In this document: one piece after another, positions 10,701-19,865 of the stretch
Position numbering within the stretch: position 1 is the first letter of the stretch
Layout of the letters: each line of letters begins with the position of its first letter
Position numbers and translations under genes: made by a program
The notes under the pieces: generated by a model
Database searches by the model: none
Told to the model about the DNA's origin: nothing
The model's input: only the letters and a program-made list of their open reading frames with translations
IMG/VR virus record: IMGVR_UViG_3300007345_000003
Length of the DNA: 64,000 nucleotides
Origin: an uncultured virus (IMG/VR IMGVR_UViG_3300007345_000003)
Taxonomy: Duplodnaviria; Heunggongvirae; Uroviricota; Caudoviricetes; Crassvirales
Direction: 5' to 3' (one strand)

Positions 10701-13700
10701 AACTGAGAGTTTCTAGGTGCGCAGTAAGAATCTACAAACTCAAATCCTGCAGGTTTTATTAAAGACCAATCTTTGCCTGCGCTGTTGTACCATATGTTTT
10801 GTTGTCCATTCCATCTGTGGTCACCACCCTTGATGATCTCTCGGTGTCTATATATCTGCTCTGGGTGATAGTGTGCACAAGCTACGTATGCCCCACCTCT
10901 GTATGAACGGATGCGGTATCTACGAGCACGCAGCTCGGACACGTCGCTGTAATCCTCTATGTCATCTACGTCTTTTTCTTTACCGCGCAGACGTCTGAAT
11001 GCTCTCTTGAACAAACCACCGGGCTTGTCTTCTTGGTCAGCAGGTGGATTGTCACTACCGTAGGGATTGCTCACATCTTCATCTGCATCGATGAACGTAT
11101 CAGTCACGTCATAGATCTCACCATCTACGTTGTAGTCGACAGTGTTACCCAACGCTTGTGATATCCATCCCAGTGATGGGAAGGTTGTGAGCTTTTCTTT
11201 GTTCTCCTCATCTTCTTTACGAGCCCCAAATACACCAGGCCCGCCCTGGAACTGTCTAAATGCAATAGCCGCCTGGCATTGTATGTGTGTGACTGTGTTA
11301 AGAGTTGGTCTCTTACGCAGCATGTTAAAATCGTGGAATGTAAAGACTGGGTTCGCGTAGTAACGGAACATCCTGTCTACAATCGTAGGGCCTGCGTAAG
11401 GAAACTGCTCAGCCCTGTTGGGGTTGGGTACTTGTTCCTGTCCCCTTCCTGCAGCATCTGGATTGTTGTCTGTGTGGTAAGCTGCTTTCCACTTTGACGC
11501 TACAGCCATAGCGGTCTCCATGTCGCTTCTCAATCCACCAAATGCGTAGAATGCATTGAAGTATGGCCCCTTACGCGCCAGCAGTCTGTTCTGGTTTGGG
11601 GAAGATGCATACCTAGGCATAGCTGGTATGGCCAAACTTTGCCCACTAATAAGTCTGTCAGAGTTTGTACGCTTAGCATAATAGATCTTGTACCCTTGTA
11701 TTTCCTTAAGCATGTGCTTAGGAATCTTCAGGTTCTCCAATTGTATACCAAGTATTCTTACAGTCTCACTGGTTATAAGCTTTTTCTTTACATACGAATC
11801 ACTGGCAATCTTTTTATCTCTGTGATTGGATATCCATGCTGCTCCCAGGTAATCCAAATTGTTCTGATAGGTTTGTGGTATCCCTGTAGTTGGGTCTTCA
11901 AATGCAGCCACAAAACCTCTTTGAGATAGGTTACCTGCATTTTCAAAGAATATCCCACCGTAGTTTCGATCCCAAGCAAGTGGGCCATACTGAATGCCTG
12001 TATTGTTACCCGTCAGTATGTCCTCTCCTGCACCTGAGTATTTCACGTATGAAAAGTCAGGGTTGTAGTTAGATGGCATTCTATGATGTCTCACTTTTCT
12101 GCCATACAAGCTGTAGTACTTATGGTAGTAGCTATCAAACGAGTATCCGTCTGTATTGCCTGGGCCTATGATGTTTGTTTGTTCTCCTGTATCTCTGTCT
12201 ACATCTGCGTGCACCCAATCAAAGTTCTCTGGGTATCTTTCACTCTGGTTCTCCCAGAACCCCATGTTCATTTTCAAAGCAGTATAAGCACCATCGTCTC
12301 CATGGTTAATTGGGTCACCTCCTGCGAAAGAGGTATTGTAGCTTGTATCAATGACTTGATATATACGTGCTACTTTAGACTGTTCTTTCAATTCAGGGGC
12401 GTGGAATCCGTGACTCTTAAGGTGAAGGTTCTCACCTTTGTGAGTGAACCTGTCACTCTCCATGAGGTAGTCTCCCAAACAATCTGTTTCATTGGGGTCT
12501 AGTTCGCCCAGCAAAAACTTGTAGTAAGTGTCCGTAGGTACTGGATCTCCATTGCAGAGACCAGAGTTGCTTATGATATTTGCTTGCTGCTGCGTTGTAA
12601 CCAACGGAACCTCACGTCTTCCTGGTATGTGGTACGCAAAGGTCTCTGTACCGTCTCTAAGTACGAATGATACGTAGAATGCATAGACGTCACCACGTCT
12701 AAAGCTCTTACCTCTGTACGAGAATCTGTTGTCTTTATATCCTCTACGTGTAGCCTGAGCGAGATTATAGCTAACTCCGAATTTCCCATCACCGAGTCTT
12801 AGCTGTATCTGACCGCTGTCCGGGTATCTCAGGTAGTCTGCAATTGAACTAACGTAGTCTGGGTACATAGAGTCAACAGCATCTATACCTAGGGTAGCAG
12901 GGTTTGCGGGAGCACCGTTTTGCTCTGACTGGTAGTAGGTTTGACCTATACCATCAAATCCTGCAGGGTGTTCTTTAACCGCATAGTACGGCATGACCAT
13001 GGTACCATATCCCTTGTTTAGAGTTATGATATCATACACCCTTCTATCAAAGCCTTCCACAGCTTTGACTACAGGCTTGACTTTAATGTTAGATGCGTAC
13101 CTCTGGAACCCTATGTCTTTACGTGAGATCAGGTTACCTAAGTACAGTCTGTCGTTAAGTTGAGTAAGTGTCTTCGCAGTCAAGTACTTTACTTGATCTG
13201 CTACAATGTCAAGAAGACTTAATGTGCTTGCATCCTCTCTGCCGCTATATACGATGGTAAATATGCTGCTACTCAGCCCGAAGTTAGAACTGCTTCGTTG
13301 TTCAGATGCTTGTCCTGAAGTTTCTACAAACGGTGCTGGAGGGGGCGATGTTTTTCTGTCTGCGACGAAATCTTCAGTATCAATACTTGGATCATTGAAC
13401 GCTCCGGTAGGAGGAGTGGTGTTACCTACGATGTCAAGTGTATTGATACTATCATATGCATCGTCATCATTTGTGCTCTGGATCTGTATTCTGTCCAGCT
13501 TGTACACGTTCTCTGCATTCCCTATGCGCTGTATTACAGCAGGCTGCAGGTACTTGTACTGCACCGTCTTTGGTATGTATACCTCCCAGTGTACGGACTT
13601 CGTTGTTGTTGTCCCACCCTGTGCCCCAATAACAATGTCTGCTGGTACTGTTGTATCGGGTTCTGGGATGATGTAAACTGGGTTAGATACCACGAAGTAG

Positions 13701-14368
13701 TTCGTCTCCACAAAGTCTTCGTCAGCATATGCAAGTGCAAGGTGATATGTGCCTGATCTTACTGCACCACCTTCAAACACATATGCATTCTTGATACGAG
13801 AGTGTGTGCCCACTTCAGGGAACAAGCTTAGCTTATCTACAGTGTAGTTGTTCTCCCCATACAAGACCTCGAACGCACTAGCGCCAGGGGCTATGGCAAA
13901 CCACTGCAGTTGTCTAGTTACATTAAATGTCCTTGGTGGGTTAAAGTCGGATACGTAAGACGCTTCTGTGATCGTCTCATCTATGACGTAGTAGTTGTCC
14001 GTGAAGTAAACAATGACATCGTTCTTAGCATCTCTTCTGTACTCACCTATAATAGGATGGGATCTCTTGAAGTTGAGTTTATCGCTGCGGTACAGTACGG
14101 TTGTCTCTTTCTTGACTGGGTCAACAAGTATGATCTCGCAGCTTGTATTTTGATTTACCCCAATGCCGAAGATGATCAGCCTTTCTTCGTCAATTGGTAT
14201 TGCACCAACGACGTCTACGTTCAACGATACGGCAAGCTCATTGCCCCATTCGTTGCTCATAGTGCCTGTCTCTACGCTTACTGTAGCGTTGAGCGCATCT
14301 CTGTACGTCCCATCAGGCTGTTCAGCCTTGGACGTATCTTTAGCCATACCTCCAATAAACTTCTTCAT
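7733..14368 (-). CDS. Tail stabilization/muzzle protein (2211 aa)
   Basis: N-terminus F.GGM.KD....Q...YRDALN, VYFTDN...PR, C-terminal GYDPKFKRIILT and WTLSY...WISRHSY.P typical of the crAss-like (P22 gp10-like) stabilization protein; follows the tubular protein gene. Confidence 0.8.
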   Translation of the reverse strand: MKKFIGGMAKDTSKAEQPDGTYRDALNATVSVETGTMSNEWGNELAVSLNVDVVGAIPIDEERLIIFGIGVNQNTSCEIILVDPVKKETTVLYRSDKLNFKRSHPIIGEYRRDAKNDVIVYFTDNYYVIDETITEASYVSDFNPPRTFNVTRQLQWFAIAPGASAFEVLYGENNYTVDKLSLFPEVGTHSRIKNAYVFEGGAVRSGTYHLALAYADEDFVETNYFVVSNPVYIIPEPDTTVPADIVIGAQGGTTTTKSVHWEVYIPKTVQYKYLQPAVIQRIGNAENVYKLDRIQIQSTNDDDAYDSINTLDIVGNTTPPTGAFNDPSIDTEDFVADRKTSPPPAPFVETSGQASEQRSSSNFGLSSSIFTIVYSGREDASTLSLLDIVADQVKYLTAKTLTQLNDRLYLGNLISRKDIGFQRYASNIKVKPVVKAVEGFDRRVYDIITLNKGYGTMVMPYYAVKEHPAGFDGIGQTYYQSEQNGAPANPATLGIDAVDSMYPDYVSSIADYLRYPDSGQIQLRLGDGKFGVSYNLAQATRRGYKDNRFSYRGKSFRRGDVYAFYVSFVLRDGTETFAYHIPGRREVPLVTTQQQANIISNSGLCNGDPVPTDTYYKFLLGELDPNETDCLGDYLMESDRFTHKGENLHLKSHGFHAPELKEQSKVARIYQVIDTSYNTSFAGGDPINHGDDGAYTALKMNMGFWENQSERYPENFDWVHADVDRDTGEQTNIIGPGNTDGYSFDSYYHKYYSLYGRKVRHHRMPSNYNPDFSYVKYSGAGEDILTGNNTGIQYGPLAWDRNYGGIFFENAGNLSQRGFVAAFEDPTTGIPQTYQNNLDYLGAAWISNHRDKKIASDSYVKKKLITSETVRILGIQLENLKIPKHMLKEIQGYKIYYAKRTNSDRLISGQSLAIPAMPRYASSPNQNRLLARKGPYFNAFYAFGGLRSDMETAMAVASKWKAAYHTDNNPDAAGRGQEQVPNPNRAEQFPYAGPTIVDRMFRYYANPVFTFHDFNMLRKRPTLNTVTHIQCQAAIAFRQFQGGPGVFGARKEDEENKEKLTTFPSLGWISQALGNTVDYNVDGEIYDVTDTFIDADEDVSNPYGSDNPPADQEDKPGGLFKRAFRRLRGKEKDVDDIEDYSDVSELRARRYRIRSYRGGAYVACAHYHPEQIYRHREIIKGGDHRWNGQQNIWYNSAGKDWSLIKPAGFEFVDSYCAPRNSQFTFMLDPGSKTYLPGQRNLKTAESSSFKGAQYIFNRGGESSIVMALVSGLPHLKGLVPFKGNAIPGFPWYLGDGSDDGGGEYGPFNIAAWGDDDKFLFPDAWFQASKDPKPVRPIPDHAVYLYGSSVTTENSNFKGLNYTLAGADYEWGYPMAWLINVCSLKTDVYTPFDKQELVWTGYYYSIDEEFKEWEDKYNLAEGACYAALKTGTTAAINDLDFTSAGGSTVLSPVKKYFSGAESTEVYGGDTYISKYAFRTTSHSYGHSWFRASSALGDAGPSGASGLNSTDALKVIGNPGTNGVNLGYIQNTRQKDVPDFLSLNDFLTNWGTAGGMSVWQGNFITTITDTTYPEFPNSTEVGKIESFISETLLNANNWQQGNSNPVTSLFTFMVESDDNIGLRHQKDSEKGQATKFFDFNTAAEVLFSPPTQDFTKQDQLLYEDHFSFVQDKRVAVPFPKVRAGTEENDQFRNRIIRSKSATGALSDRYREFLANDYADIPKKRGDITDMFTMNDTLYVHTEKALFQTKGNEQLELGSVKAFIGSGDIFAIPPTELQESEIGYGGTMSGLSSYTTEVGHFYVSRRSRKVHMLTQGITEVMGNMNHWFRENIPFEIERYGINVDAHEFPYYPDAPTNTNVPMGFIVGYDPKFKRIILTKREPLPTQTLIDGLQDGTIEIQNNMFFAVQQNNSKTGVKLSKSEREYTHRRNLEAFRENTAIDKLGPSDTAREIASDINHPANKGNVKSGPIGLSNPTYFTQSGWTLSYLPDLQIWISRHSYVPDIFITGEQTYYTMYKGSVYMHNDEDNPGNFYNTLYNFELEFIDNANPAMAKLYSNVYYWADAKSRSEDYTTEFKRQTFPIFDRFYVYNTTQISGEFTEINYLNNCRLVDGIWYINSFRDLAAVVVNTNSYINTGEPNVVGKLTTKVESTREDTPMFTYEGVPNPEYINTEKQWYEQKKFIGHYLGVRLISNNESKNLIYLYSAGTKFRNSYR

Positions 14369-15390
14369 GCTATAGAGTTGGTGCTGTAGTTACCTCTGTA
14401 CAAATTCTCTCTTGTGTTGAGAGTTCCCATCACGTTGTCAAACTCGCTGATACGTGGTACGAGTCTAACCCACTGGTTCATGAACGATTCGTATCTCGCC
14501 ATGTCTGGGTACTTAGCTTCATTACGAGCCTGTGTACAGTAGAACTTCCACTGCTGGTCTGCGAAGCTGTAATCGATTCCGTTTGTTGATGGATCAAATG
14601 ATGCACCAAGCAACAGCTTCTTGTATATGTACCAGAACATAGCTTCCTTGAAGCTGATGTCGTCTGGTATCAATGGCCAGCATTCTGTATCTGTTGCAAA
14701 TGCTGTGTACGACAAGCAGAGCTTACCTGTTCTGAATGACGTCTTGATTCTATCGTTCTCTACGAGGTAACACTCGTTAGACGTAGTGAATTCGTTCACA
14801 CACTTATCGCAGTGTATGCCTCTAGGGAAGTTAGTTGTGCAGTACTGTATTGGTGTGAGATTACCTACAGTCGGGTTCATGTATGCTGTATATATTACCT
14901 GAGCATCTGCAACAAGTTTGTTGAGATCTTTGTCTGTAGTTTTTCTAGTTTTTTCTAGACCGTTTACAGTAGTGTCAAAGGCATTAGCTATTAGTGAAGT
15001 AGATTGAGCACTACTAGCGAAGAAGTTTAAACTGGTAGCTATCCCGTCTAGGTAAGGGCCATAGAGATTTCCTAGGTCGCTGTACTCTTTTGTCAGGTCT
15101 GTTATCTCTTTTCTTAGATCTGCAATCTTAGCACTAAGAGACTGTTCTTGCTCTGTTTGATTGATCGCAACCTGGTTGATGTAGTATACATCTGGAGGTA
15201 GTGTTGCTTTGAAGTCATCTACTTCAATGATGCACCCTTTGCTTTCTACGTGCGCACCAGCACCAATGTGTTCGAGTGCTTCCCCAATCCATTCAACAGC
15301 ATCGTAGATCCAGTTACCGTCACCAGGGTTCAAGTCACGCATGACTTTCCTGATGATCGCTTTACATGATATAGTCTTATATGTCGCCAT
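14365..15390 (-). CDS. Tail tubular/ring protein (P22 gp4-like)
   Basis: EWIGEAL..IG, IKTSFRTG.LCLSY...D.ECWPLIPD..SFKEA.FWYI and W.FYC.QA motifs; directly upstream of the muzzle gene as in Crassvirales. Confidence 0.8.
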   Translation of the reverse strand: MATYKTISCKAIIRKVMRDLNPGDGNWIYDAVEWIGEALEHIGAGAHVESKGCIIEVDDFKATLPPDVYYINQVAINQTEQEQSLSAKIADLRKEITDLTKEYSDLGNLYGPYLDGIATSLNFFASSAQSTSLIANAFDTTVNGLEKTRKTTDKDLNKLVADAQVIYTAYMNPTVGNLTPIQYCTTNFPRGIHCDKCVNEFTTSNECYLVENDRIKTSFRTGKLCLSYTAFATDTECWPLIPDDISFKEAMFWYIYKKLLLGASFDPSTNGIDYSFADQQWKFYCTQARNEAKYPDMARYESFMNQWVRLVPRISEFDNVMGTLNTRENLYRGNYSTNSIA

Positions 15391-15859
15391 GCTTCTTGAA
15401 TCTTAAGTATGCTAAGTCATCGTTTTTCAGGAGTGATGTTAACTTCTCCTTGTTCCCCTTGATTCCTCGGGTTGGGGTAAACCTGTATGCAGACTTGTTA
15501 GATATCTTACATCTAGACTTCTGCCAGTGATATTTGCAGTACCAGGGGTCAGTGTAGTAGATAAACCACTTCTCACCTTCCCCTGATTCTGCGTCGTAGA
15601 GCTGCTTACCTTCTGCAAGCAGTTCTTGTTTGTACTTGTTGCTCTCCCACCAGTCTATCGTAGGCTTACTGGGATTGCGCTCTATGCGTCGTATTGACAA
15701 GGTGGACAGGTTGCTGCCCATGCTGAACTCCTTACCATCAAGGATCATACTGATGACCTCCATGTTGAACTCTTCACACAGTTGCTTAAACAGTCGTGTT
15801 TCGATGGGGTCTTCAATATTCTTTACATAGTCCTTATGTATGTCCTTGATGGTATGCAT
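15377..15859 (-). CDS. IHF/HU-like protein (crAss-type)
   Basis: FN......ILDG.EF.M...L.TLSI, IDWWES and YRFTPTR motifs; position before the tubular protein gene. Confidence 0.65.
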   Translation of the reverse strand: MHTIKDIHKDYVKNIEDPIETRLFKQLCEEFNMEVISMILDGKEFSMGSNLSTLSIRRIERNPSKPTIDWWESNKYKQELLAEGKQLYDAESGEGEKWFIYYTDPWYCKYHWQKSRCKISNKSAYRFTPTRGIKGNKEKLTSLLKNDDLAYLRFKKHGDI

Positions 15860-16665
15860 TATCTAGTTATAGTCTTCTTCTTTCTTTCGTTCCTTCTGTT
15901 CATCCTACCGGCAACTCTTTCAGCCCTCTTCTTGCTTACAACTTTGCTTCTGTCTGCAGTGCGTTGGCTTTGAACTTCATACAGTTCTTTGTCTCGCCTT
16001 GTTTCTCTGCGCTTGCTGACAACTTGCTTGTTTCTCTTCACATCTACATTGCGGCGCTTTCCTTCGATCGTTCTTCTTTTCTCTCCGCGCTTTGCCATGA
16101 CCTGCTCTTCTTGATACGGTCCTTCGTCTTTCTTCTTTCTCTTACCACCCAGCAACTTTGTGCTAGTGTTTATTTTCTTTCTCCTCTTGTTGTACCTAGA
16201 CTCAAGCTTTTTGGCTTTTGCTCTACGCTTGCCTACGCGGCCATCCTGTGGACCTACATCTCTGTTTGTAGTGCGTGTGACGTTCTTCTTGATTTCATAG
16301 GTGCCGTCTTCATTTTGAACAACTTCTTTAGTTCTTACTCTACGAGTTTTAACCCTACCTATATTTCTTGGCTTACTGTTGGGGGTTCGTGAAGCCAATG
16401 TGGCAGGGCCACCTTCTTGTTTGATCACACCTCTACCCTTGAGGATGTCAGCTCTGGTCACTTTACCGTCACCAGTCAAATCAGGGAATCCACCTTCCTT
16501 CTTCTTGGAGTTGCTCATGCTACCAGGTCCTCCTGCCTTAGTGCAGCGTACACCCCAAGCATTTGCATATGCAGACGGATACACATCGAACTTAGATCTA
16601 GCTGCTGCTTTACAGGGCCCGCTGATCTTGAATCCACCTTTCTTTTTAAAATCTGGATATTTCAT
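15859..16665 (-). CDS. Highly basic modular protein (about 268 aa, probable start MKYPDF)
   Basis: K/R-rich. Modules CKAAARSKFDVYPSAYANAW and FPDLTGDGKVTRADILKGRGV are separated by xxxGG motifs. The ATG at 16665 avoids overlap and parallels the MKYP start of the upstream ORF. Confidence 0.7.
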   Translation of the reverse strand: MKYPDFKKKGGFKISGPCKAAARSKFDVYPSAYANAWGVRCTKAGGPGSMSNSKKKEGGFPDLTGDGKVTRADILKGRGVIKQEGGPATLASRTPNSKPRNIGRVKTRRVRTKEVVQNEDGTYEIKKNVTRTTNRDVGPQDGRVGKRRAKAKKLESRYNKRRKKINTSTKLLGGKRKKKDEGPYQEEQVMAKRGEKRRTIEGKRRNVDVKRNKQVVSKRRETRRDKELYEVQSQRTADRSKVVSKKRAERVAGRMNRRNERKKKTITR

Positions 16666-16676
16666 GTCTCTTGTTA

Positions 16677-17699
16677 TTATTCGTATGCTCCGCATCCCCC
16701 ACCTTGACATCCAGAACCGCTGTTAGATCTTTCTTTTCTACGGTTCCTTCTAGCTGTTCTTCTAGCCTGTGAAGCTGCTTTCACCTTACCTGCAAAGTCT
16801 CTAACCTTGTCACGTCTCTTTTGACGTCTACGCTTTCTCTTCGCTTTGTTCTGAAGCTTTTCTCTGTATCTGTCGAGACCAACTTCCCCAGCACCCTGTC
16901 TGTCTGACTTCTTTCTTCTAGCACCTACGCGCTTGAATCTTTCAACTTTACGTCCTGTCTGTCTCTCGCTTCTATCGGCTTCTCTTTGTTCCTTCTTGGT
17001 ACGAGTGCCCTTGATAACTTCAACGTCTATTCTATCCTGCTCTGACTTAGGCAGTTCAAACATACCCCCGTTCTGCATTTTGCCTTCTTTGCGCTTTACT
17101 CTTCTGCGAGTACGAAGTCCTTTCTTACCAATTTTATATCTAGGCTTGTCTTTGGTAGACTCGTATCTAGCATCAGGGTTAGGCATGTCTCCTGGAGGGA
17201 CGCGTCTTTTCCTACGGCGATCTGGAAGTCCGCCTCTTTGTAGTGCACCAGTATCCATACCTGCACCAACAGCTGATGTATCTACACCACCACCAACAGC
17301 ACCTGTCATTTCAGGCGCAGTTTCAGCCGGTTCTTCGGGTTGGTTCTTTCTGTCCTTGAACTCTTGAAGTCTATCTGCATAGCCTTCTTGTATTTTGTCA
17401 GCAAGGCCTGCATTGGCGTTGTTGTTAAATCCTCCAGCAGCACCTGCAGCAAGTCCTTTGAGTCTTTCTTTAAAGCCTTTGCCTTTGTTTGCTCTGAAGC
17501 CTTGTATAGCTCCCATGGCTCTACCGACACCAGTTCCAGACAAGAATCCTTTACGTCCTGCCTTTCTCAGTTCCTTACCTGTAAGGCCCTGTTCTTTAGC
17601 ACGCTTACGTGCACCGGCACGACCTATAAGACCTCCAATGATTTTCTTACTGACACCCTTCTTACGGCGTCCCATTCCTGGTAGTGATGGATATTTCAT
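16677..17699 (-). CDS. Highly basic protein (340 aa)
   Basis: K/R-rich ORF in the late-strand operon with GG motifs; ends GCQGGGCGAYE. Confidence 0.7.
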   Translation of the reverse strand: MKYPSLPGMGRRKKGVSKKIIGGLIGRAGARKRAKEQGLTGKELRKAGRKGFLSGTGVGRAMGAIQGFRANKGKGFKERLKGLAAGAAGGFNNNANAGLADKIQEGYADRLQEFKDRKNQPEEPAETAPEMTGAVGGGVDTSAVGAGMDTGALQRGGLPDRRRKRRVPPGDMPNPDARYESTKDKPRYKIGKKGLRTRRRVKRKEGKMQNGGMFELPKSEQDRIDVEVIKGTRTKKEQREADRSERQTGRKVERFKRVGARRKKSDRQGAGEVGLDRYREKLQNKAKRKRRRQKRRDKVRDFAGKVKAASQARRTARRNRRKERSNSGSGCQGGGCGAYE

Positions 17700-17715
17700 G
17701 TTCTCTTAGTTAGAG

Positions 17716-17736
17716 AGGGGAGCCGGAGCTCCCCCC
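17716..17736 (-). terminator. GC-rich hairpin after the 393-aa gene (weak terminator or processing site)
   Basis: GGGGAGC/GCTCCCC inverted repeat just after the stop; weak U-tract. Confidence 0.4.
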
Positions 17737-17742
17737 CTGTTA

Positions 17743-18924
17743 TTAGACTTTGGGTCTACCCCAGTGTCTAGTCTTTCTTGTATTCGTAGTCTTTCTGCTG
17801 CGAGTCCTAATCTTTTTAGCCCTCTTCTTGCCTTTGCTGTGGTCATAATCGTACGCTCCGCATCCACCTGGTCCGCAGCTACCTCCGCTTTGGAATTTAG
17901 CTCTACCTCTGACTCTGGTCTTGAAGCCTGTGCTCTTCCTTGTTTTCTTTCTCTTAGGCATCTTTGGTCCTCTGCCGCCATCGTATGCTGCGCAAGGCTG
18001 TCCTTTTCTACATCCGCCTCTTTGACGTCTGTCGACCAAACCGCCCTTCAGCATCTCCTCAGTCATTGCGTCCTCTTCAGCTGCTGGATCTGCTCCTGCC
18101 ATTGGATCGGCTTGAGCTGCCATAGACTGTTGCTGAGCTGCCATACCTTGATCCGCACCCACTCCCTGCATTCCCTGCTGGAAGTTTTGCTTCATGTTCT
18201 GGACACCAGCTTTCAAGTTACCGATACCCTGCTTTATCTGACCAGCTCTTACACCAGCTCCTGCTGCTGCACCCGCTGCCATTCTACCGAAGAATCCTTT
18301 ACCTTGAGCTTTAGCTTCTTGTCTAGCAGCACGACGTGCCATACGTCTTTCCTTACCACCTTTCAATGCAGCTGCACCCAACGCCATACCGAGAAGTGCT
18401 TTCTTAGGCTCTCCCCCATCTCTCATACCTCTGTACATTGTTGGCTCTGCCTCACCTCTTTTGACTGCTTGCCTAAACTCGTAGTTGTCTCTGATTCTAG
18501 CAGACGCCTTCTTCTGACGTACGCCTTTCTTCATCGTTCTTGCAGCGCTCCTAGTCTCTTTCTTGGTATTAGACTCACCAAGCATCTTCATGCCTTTCTT
18601 CATGTTAGCCTTACTCTTGGTAAGCTTCTTAGCAGAGCGCTTGATAGCCCCTGGGACTTTACCGAACTTGACTTCTTTAGAGTCTTCGATAAATGATTTT
18701 GGGTCTTTCTTTTTAGCTTCGCTCAAGCTTCCACCGGCTTGCATCTTACTTCTGTCTCCATGGGGAGCCGTTCGACGCTTCTTGAGCTCTCTCCAGCGCT
18801 TTCTTGTCTCGCGGATTTTCTTGCGATCTTGTCTTCGAGCCTGACGCTTTTCTTTGCCTGGTTCCATGTCTTTGATCATGATGGCACCTGTTGGGCGTTT
18901 GCCGCCACGTTGTTTGTAATTCAT
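17743..18924 (-). CDS. Highly basic protein (393 aa)
   Basis: K/R-rich modules separated by about 7 xxxGG motifs; two C-x4/5-C-x-A-Y-D motifs; shares segments with the 340-aa neighbour. Confidence 0.7.
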   Translation of the reverse strand: MNYKQRGGKRPTGAIMIKDMEPGKEKRQARRQDRKKIRETRKRWRELKKRRTAPHGDRSKMQAGGSLSEAKKKDPKSFIEDSKEVKFGKVPGAIKRSAKKLTKSKANMKKGMKMLGESNTKKETRSAARTMKKGVRQKKASARIRDNYEFRQAVKRGEAEPTMYRGMRDGGEPKKALLGMALGAAALKGGKERRMARRAARQEAKAQGKGFFGRMAAGAAAGAGVRAGQIKQGIGNLKAGVQNMKQNFQQGMQGVGADQGMAAQQQSMAAQADPMAGADPAAEEDAMTEEMLKGGLVDRRQRGGCRKGQPCAAYDGGRGPKMPKRKKTRKSTGFKTRVRGRAKFQSGGSCGPGGCGAYDYDHSKGKKRAKKIRTRSRKTTNTRKTRHWGRPKV

Positions 18925-18933
18925 AATTTCTAA

Positions 18934-19158
18934 TTATTTTTTCCAAGATACCCGCTTAGATGATTGTTTTCTGCGCATACCTGCTTTTGTACATGCGCTC
19001 ATAGTAGGTCTGCAGGCCGGGTACCCTGTCTTCCTACTTTTCTTTGCTGACGATCTACCGCAAGGGACAAACTTACCTGCGGCTTTAGCTGCTTTGCAGT
19101 CTACCCAGCCACGGCCCTGGTTACGACCAAACCATTTTTTAAGTCCCTCGCTAGCCAT
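18934..19158 (-). CDS. Small basic Cys-containing protein (74 aa)
   Basis: GLKKWF...WVD...PCGR...YPACRP motif, recalled from aquatic phage structural regions. Confidence 0.7.
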   Translation of the reverse strand: MASEGLKKWFGRNQGRGWVDCKAAKAAGKFVPCGRSSAKKSRKTGYPACRPTMSACTKAGMRRKQSSKRVSWKK

Positions 19159-19547
19159 TACGCTTTAGTCCAGTAGCCGTATTCGTAGCTAATTTCGTCA
19201 GTTGTGCTGCTTGTTACTCTGATACCTTTGGCTCCTTTTACTGGGAGGAATATTGCTTCTCCCTCAGCCAAGTCTGCAAAGTCTTGAGTGTTCTCTGCTG
19301 TGCTTAGGACGAGGACAGGTGTGCCTCCGTCTTTGCTTACGTACTTGATATATACGTATGTGGTATCAGTTACACCTGTACCTAGAATGGTATTTGGTCC
19401 TGTAGAACTAGTTACAGTGCCTGAGGCCAAGTTTACTACAGGGGCTTCTATGGTCAGAGAGTCTGTTACAGATATACCAAACCCTGCGGTTGTTGTTGTG
19501 GACGACCCCGTAGATGTTAGTGACAGCCTTGATTTAATGTTTCCCAT
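19158..19547 (-). CDS. Putative tail/virion beta-rich protein (129 aa)
   Basis: Ser/Thr-rich; YVYIK...LAEGEAIFLPV pattern resembles 23735..24124. Confidence 0.6.
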   Translation of the reverse strand: MGNIKSRLSLTSTGSSTTTTAGFGISVTDSLTIEAPVVNLASGTVTSSTGPNTILGTGVTDTTYVYIKYVSKDGGTPVLVLSTAENTQDFADLAEGEAIFLPVKGAKGIRVTSSTTDEISYEYGYWTKA

Positions 19548-19559
19548 TGTTGTTCGTTA

Positions 19560-19865
19560 TTAGCACCGGCAGTTCCACTTGCGCAGTGACTTATTGATTC
19601 TTGAATTAGGATCTCTCTTACCCTTAGATCCTGTTCTCTTTGCTTTCATTCCACACATACGTGAGCAGAATGACTTTCTCCTGGACTTGCGTTTACCTGA
19701 GGGGTTAGACTCAGTTACTGGAGCAGCAAGTTTGCTCCCCGGGTTAGCAGCTCTGTAGGATGCCCTACCTTTTGCATTGAGACCTCCGCTTGGGTTTTTA
19801 CCAGCTTTCCTAGTCCAAGCAGCTCCTCTCTGATACTGTCTTTTATTTTTACTGAAGTATGTCAT
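19560..19865 (-). CDS. Small basic protein (101 aa)
   Basis: AW.RK.GKNP.GGLN.KGRASY...G..L.APV...RRKSFC.RM...R..KSLR.W.C motif, recalled from aquatic phages. Confidence 0.75.
   Translation of the reverse strand: MTYFSKNKRQYQRGAAWTRKAGKNPSGGLNAKGRASYRAANPGSKLAAPVTESNPSGKRKSRRKSFCSRMCGMKAKRTGSKGKRDPNSRINKSLRKWNCRC

Noticed and set aside
17764..18696. 310-aa plus-strand ORF, and similar antisense ORFs such as 7228..7806, 33976..34596 and 37155..37832
   Set aside because: They are antisense shadows of well-supported minus-strand genes, Ser/Leu/Phe-rich and without recognisable motifs
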